Under the pieces are notes generated by a model that had not been told where the DNA came from, did not search any database, and saw only the letters and a program-made list of their open reading frames with translations. DNA of 39,487 nucleotides from Octopus bimaculoides (lineage: Eukaryota), in assembly GCF_001194135.2 (NCBI RefSeq), contig NC_068992.1, forward strand, positions 51,175,853 through 51,215,339. Direction: 5' to 3'. Both the position numbers and the translations under genes were made by a program. Shown here one piece after another: positions 34,249 to 39,487 of the stretch. Position 1 is the stretch's first letter. Each line of letters opens with the position of its first letter.

Positions 34249-34919
34249 NNNNNNNNNNNNNNNNNNNNNNNNNNNNNNNNNNNNNNNNNNNNNNNNNNNN
34301 NNNNNNNNNNNNNNNNNNNNNNNNNNNNNNNNNNNNNNNNNNNNNNNNNNNNNNNNNNNNNNNNNNNNNNNNNNNNNNNNNNNNNNNNNNNNNNNNNNNN
34401 NNNNNNNNNNNNNNNNNNNNNNNNNNNNNNNNNNNNNNNNNNNNNNNNNNNNNNNNNNNNNNNNNNNNNNNNNNNNNNNNNNNNNNNNNNNNNNNNNNNN
34501 NNNNNNNNNNNNNNNNNNNNNNNNNNNNNNNNNNNNNNNNNNNNNNNNNNNNNNNNNNNNNNNNNNNNNNNNNNNNNNNNNNNNNNNNNNNNNNNNNNNN
34601 NNNNNNNNNNNNNNNNNNNNNNNNNNNNNNNNNNNNNNNNNNNNNNNNNNNNNNNNNNNNNNNNNNNNNNNNNNNNNNNNNNNNNNNNNNNNNNNNNNNN
34701 NNNNNNNNNNNNNNNNNNNNNNNNNNNNNNNNNNNNNNNNNNNNNNNNNNNNNNNNNNNNNNNNNNNNNNNNNNNNNNNNNNNNNNNNNNNNNNNNNNNN
34801 NNNNNNNNNNNNNNNNNNNNNNNNNNNNNNNNNNNNNNNNNNNNNNNNNNNNNNNNNNNNNNNNNNNNNNNNNNNNNNNNNNNNNNNNNNNNNNNNNNNN
34901 NNNNNNNNNNNNNNNNNNN

Positions 34920-34951
<32 letters not shown>

Positions 34952-36862
34952 TAATAATAAAGAAAAAAATATTGAACAAGAACATAACAGGCGACAACAA
35001 AACATCCAGGCACTTAAATGATACAAAAAAGACAGGAAAAAACAAGGACGGGTCATTTGGAGCTTCCTATCCTCAGTCGAGTTCCAGATTATCTTTGCAG
35101 TTTTGTGCTAGATACAGAATTATCTACCTTACATCAGTTCCATTTATGTCTATGACAGGTCTGCCAAAGATGACTGAAAATGGCAGCATTTACCTAGATG
35201 GTAAATTAGGAATTCTATGTTTTCAACATGAATTTCCTCTGATAAGGACAGTCACTAAACACCTCATTTTTGGAGTTTAAAAAAGGTTCCTGGTTCAAGT
35301 GAGTTTTTCAGGATTCTTGCTCTTTCAGCCAAGCAAAACTTATTAAATATTGAAAATATAGAAATTGATGATATATATATAAAGATTGATCTTCTAATAA
35401 ATAAAGATGATCTTATTGATTGAATAATAAAATATTTTATTGATCTTTCAATTTCAAAATTTTTAGATTTAATATTTATTAATGGTAAAATTCCTATTAG
35501 ATTTAATTGCTTCTATTGAAGAACAGCCCTGATTGTTCTAGGAGCCACCTTTTAATGATATATAGCATGCCCTCCTCTTTCAAACACCATACTTAGCTGA
35601 CCAGAGACATCATGTTGCACCTTTCTGATATCCTATAGGAGGATTTGTGTTTGCTATGACAATACTTGAATGGACTGCTTGTAGATCTGACATATTTTCA
35701 AATGTGTGCTCTTTGCTCATGGTGTACAACTGCTGTAGTTGTTGGCATTATATTATATTATATTATTTCCTATTTTACATATATATGTGTGGGGATGTGC
35801 TTATGTGCATGTGTGTGTGTATGTGCGTATAATTATATATATGTGTGAAGCAGAAGTAGAGAGAGAGAGAGAGGGAGAGAGAGAGAGAGGGAGAGAGAGA
35901 GAGAGAGGTGAAGAAAGTAAGAAGGGAAAACAGAAGAAATAATTTATTTACGTGCAATATGCATGCAACATTAAATATCTACTATAAAACAAATAATATT
36001 ATATATAAATACAAAAGAAATTACCAAATATAATAAAGACATTCTACTTATATCTTTATTGTTCCCATCATGCACTTGAGCATCATTAAGAAAATAGCAT
36101 GTGAACATCTTAGGTGAATTATCTCAACTTTTGAAAAGTAGAGTAATGCCTAAAGCTATATTCTTTACTTTCCCTCAATTTCTTTGAATTGGTATTCTTT
36201 ATCATCAACCTTTGTCTACAAGAAATCTAATTTTGTTACATATTCTCTGAGAAATTGTTTGCAGTATTTCTCCTAAGGCTATCACCTCTAACAAACAGGG
36301 TGACATTTTGAGGTAGAATTTACCGACTAGTTCTTTGTTATTTGAACAAAACCTATATCTTGTGTTGTCGGTAACAGACAGCCTTCAAAACGCTTATATA
36401 TATATAAGTTACTACTTTTTGGAAACTACAAAAAAGAAAAAGAAAGCGAAAATGAAAATACCTAAACACAATAAAATAAAAATGAAAATACAGACTCATA
36501 AGAAACTCGAATATAATAATTACATTGGCCAAATATTTCTGTTTGAATTATTCCTTAAAAGTAAAATATTTTATGTAAATTCTTCTAACCTATTCAACAT
36601 TGTCAGTGTGCCAAATTCTTTCCTTTTCTTACGGTCTTTGTATTTATTTATTTTTCTGTCTGTTCCCTGATGACATATATAAACTTCAATTTTAAAAATG
36701 GAGATAATACTATTAGTTGATTTTGCATGTTCTATTTGCATTCCTTGCAGCAACGAACAATTTTTGTTCAAATATGAAATATTCTCTAACTTTTGTTTTG
36801 ATGAAGGTGGTGGTGATAAGAATATGATTTTCATTCACTGTTATACCCTTATATATATATAT

Positions 36863-37005
36863 AGGCGCAGGAGTGGCTGTGTAGTAAGTAGCTTGCTTAC
36901 CAACCATATGATTCCAGGTTAAGTCCCACTGCGTGGCACTTTGGGCAAGTGTCTTCTACTATAGCCTCGGGCCGACCAAAGCCTTGTGAGTGGATTTGGT
37001 AGATG
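36863..37005 (+). mobile_element. SINE family A 5' part, interrupted by a MITE
   Basis: aggcgcaggagtggctgtgtagtaag..ggcactttgggcaagtgtcttctactatagcctcgggccgaccaaagcc. Confidence 0.9.
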
Positions 37006-37275
37006 CAGGAGTGTAGCTAAAGTAACTGACACTCAGAACAAGCGTCAAAATTGCACTCCCCCCCACCAACCAAAAAGTAGTGCATGCATTTTGTGAGGTC
37101 AAGTAAGAACACCTACTCTGTCTAGTGGCGTGGATAGCAATAACCATTATACTTGAAAAGGTTTTAAAAGTTTTCTAATGGCTCAATTAGAAAATGATCT
37201 TGGCCAAAATTGTGCCTCCCTCAAAGTGGCACCCAGGGCATATTCCCTGCTTGCATCACCCTAGCTAAGCCCCTG
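37006..37275. mobile_element. Non-autonomous DNA transposon (MITE) with CAGGGGCGTAGCTA-type TIRs
   Basis: Left caggagtgtagcta (37006) and right tagctaagcccctg (ends 37275) are imperfect inverted repeats. No clean TSD was found. Confidence 0.6.
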
Positions 37276-37287
37276 TATATATGTGTA

Positions 37288-37625
37288 TATCTAGGTGACC
37301 AAGTTAATAGTGGAGGTGGATGCTCCAAGAATGTAGCTCTGAGAATAAGATTAGGCTGGACAAAGTCCAGAGAGCTCCTACCTCTACTGGCAACAAAGGG
37401 CCTCTGCCTTAGAATGAAAGGGAGATTGTATGGTCCCTGGGTGTAAACAGCTATGCTACATGGAAGTGAAACATGGGCTGTGACAGCCAATGGCATGCAC
37501 AGTCTTGAAAGAAATGAAGCAATAATACTTCACTAGATGTGCAATGTCAGTGTGCATGTTTGACAGAGTGTAAGCATCTTCAGAGAAAGTTGGGCATAAG
37601 AGGCATCAGATGTAGTGTGCAAGAG
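37288..37625 (+). mobile_element. RTE-clade LINE ORF fragment (post-RT region)
   Basis: YLGDQVNSGGGCSKNVALRIRLGWTKSRELLPLLATKGLCLRMKGRLY..AMLHGSETWAVTA..LERNEA..MCNVSVH, with frameshifts. Confidence 0.9.
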
Positions 37626-37799
37626 TGGTGACCAAAGCCTTGTGAGTGGATTTGGTAGGAGACTTCGTAGGAGTGGATTTGAAAGAAGCACATGATGTAT
37701 ATATATATATGTGTGTGTGAGTGTACATACATACAAGCATATATATACAGAGTAACCAACACCCTCATCTTCATTATTTCAATGATCACAGTTTTATAC

Positions 37800-38098
37800 T
37801 TGCACCTAGAAAGTTCCCCTCTGAGGCACAAGTCAAGGCAAGGTTATTTGTGGAAGACAAGCAGTCATCCATGCATACCAACCTCCCCTCTCCATGTCAC
37901 CGATGTTATCCAAGGGAAAGGCAAAGCCGATACAGCTTGGCACCAGTGATGACGCAACTCATTTCTACAGCTGAGTGAGCTGGAGCAACATGAAATAAAA
38001 TATCTTGCCCAAGAACACAACCAACAGCCCAGTCTGGGAATTGAACTCACTATCTCATAACTGCGAGCTTGATGCTCTAACCACTGAGCTATGCACCA
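37800..38098 (-). mobile_element. SINE sharing the family C head and CORE-like segment but with a different 3' tail
   Basis: cagctgagtgagctggagcaacatgaaataaaatatcttgcccaagaacacaac matches 10331-10385. The 37800-37950 tail is unrelated to the V-like tail of 10202-10465. Confidence 0.8.
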
Positions 38099-38104
38099 GA
38101 AAAT

Positions 38105-38310
38105 ATGCTGTATGATTTTCTGTTGCTGGATGCTCTTCCTGTTCTCAGCCCTGCTTTCTTCCAAGCAAATAATATTTCCTCTAAATCTCCGAATATGAAC
38201 GAGACAATTGGTGAACATGTTTTCATGAAAACTGCAAACAAATAACACGGTTATTTTACAAAAAGTGATGTTGTTTACAATCAGTTTGTAAATGTCAAGA
38301 CAAGGAGAAG
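38105..38310 (-). mobile_element. Degenerate RTE-related 3'-type repeat
   Basis: gattttctgttgctggatgctcttcctgtt resembles the ctacggctggatgcccttcct motif of the other RTE-type ends. Confidence 0.4.
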
Positions 38311-38454
38311 CAAACAAACAAACACACACATATCAATGCATGCATAAAAGCATATATTTATACACATACACATGCACACACACACACACAGATATATATT
38401 AAGGCATTATATATATCAATAAATTAATATATATAAATATATATACATACATAT

Positions 38455-38488
<34 letters not shown>

Positions 38489-38638
38489 ATATATATNNNN
38501 NNNNNNNNNNNNNNNNNNNNNNNNNNNNNNNNNNNNNNNNNNNNNNNNNNNNNNNNNNNNNNNNNNNNNNNNNNNNNNNNNNNNNNNNNNNNNNNNNNNN
38601 NNNNNNNNNNNNNNNNNNNNNNNNNNNNNNNNNNNNNN

Positions 38639-38669
<31 letters not shown>

Positions 38670-39443
38670 GCAATTATATATAGATTCATACACACAGACA
38701 CACTCACACATATGTACAGATACCTATATATTCATGTCCATACATATGCATTTATTTATAAATGTACGTGTGTATAAGTATTTATATGTGTATGTGTGTA
38801 CAATTGGTTTGTATATATCTGTTCTGTACATGTAAGAGTTTACTTGTGTATATAAAGACATGTGAATCAGGAGCAGTCAAAGAGAGGCTCTGTGTACACC
38901 TGTGTATATTTGTATTTGTATGCATGCACGTGTATGCCTATGTATGCATGAATATGTACTTTTGTCTATGCATCTGCTCTGTGTGCATACATGCTGGTAT
39001 GTAAATGTGTTTCTGTGTGCATGTGTGACACAAAATTTACTGCTTCTAAACTGGTACTAATTAATGTTCCCTTACACCTCTCATATATTTGATAAGCATT
39101 TGTAGCTGAAGATAAAGGACAGTGTCACGTTACTAATGAAGTAAAAATACTCCAGTGTATTTAATGTGGGAAGTATGTTTCTTGTGTGTGTGTATGTGTG
39201 CATGTGTGCGTGCATGTGTCTGCGTGCATGTGTGAGTGCATGCATGTGTGCGTGTGTTTTCATTTTTTTGTGTTATTGTAATGTATCTGTGCGAAAATAT
39301 ATCTGTATATTTATCTTGATCAAGATATATGTGTGTGCGTGCACATAAGTGTGTAAATTTGTATGAACATGTGCATAAATCTATGTGAACACATACATAT
39401 GCGCACACACACACGCACACACACACACACAAAGGCATATATT

Positions 39444-39487
<44 letters not shown>

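Noticed and set aside
34972-35280. 102-aa ORF
   Set aside because: It starts in repeat-like sequence next to a gap, has no recognisable motif and no credible splice fit. A CTGAGGA motif on the minus strand lacks a canonical GAAAC, so no ribozyme is called.

Overview
AT-rich, microsatellite-dense eukaryotic DNA with about 3.5 kb of N gaps, mostly flanked by (TA)n. The SINE/LINE content is typical of an octopus (coleoid cephalopod) genome; this taxon call is an inference. No prokaryotic features, rRNA, functional tRNA or CRISPR are present. The window is mostly intronic. On the + strand I can assemble 7-9 small exons (916-967, 2432-2539, 4040-4112, 6087-6165, 11487-11611, 13811-13843, 24672-24700/24747, 30505-30644, 32186/32203-32254). 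The first seven splice in compatible phases into a helical protein, while the junction into 30505 is unresolved. Its motifs are colinear with CCDC142 as I recall it (not database-checked), and the gene runs off the left and probably the right edge. The introns hold several tRNA-derived SINE families, RTE, R4/Dong and CR1/L2-type LINE remnants, Penelope-like GIY-YIG remnants with hammerhead-ribozyme motifs, a mariner fragment, MITEs, a 27-bp minisatellite in both orientations and many microsatellites. Almost all long ORFs in the supplied track are artefacts of N runs and simple repeats. Repeat boundaries are approximate (about +/-10-20 nt) unless a TSD or TIR is given.
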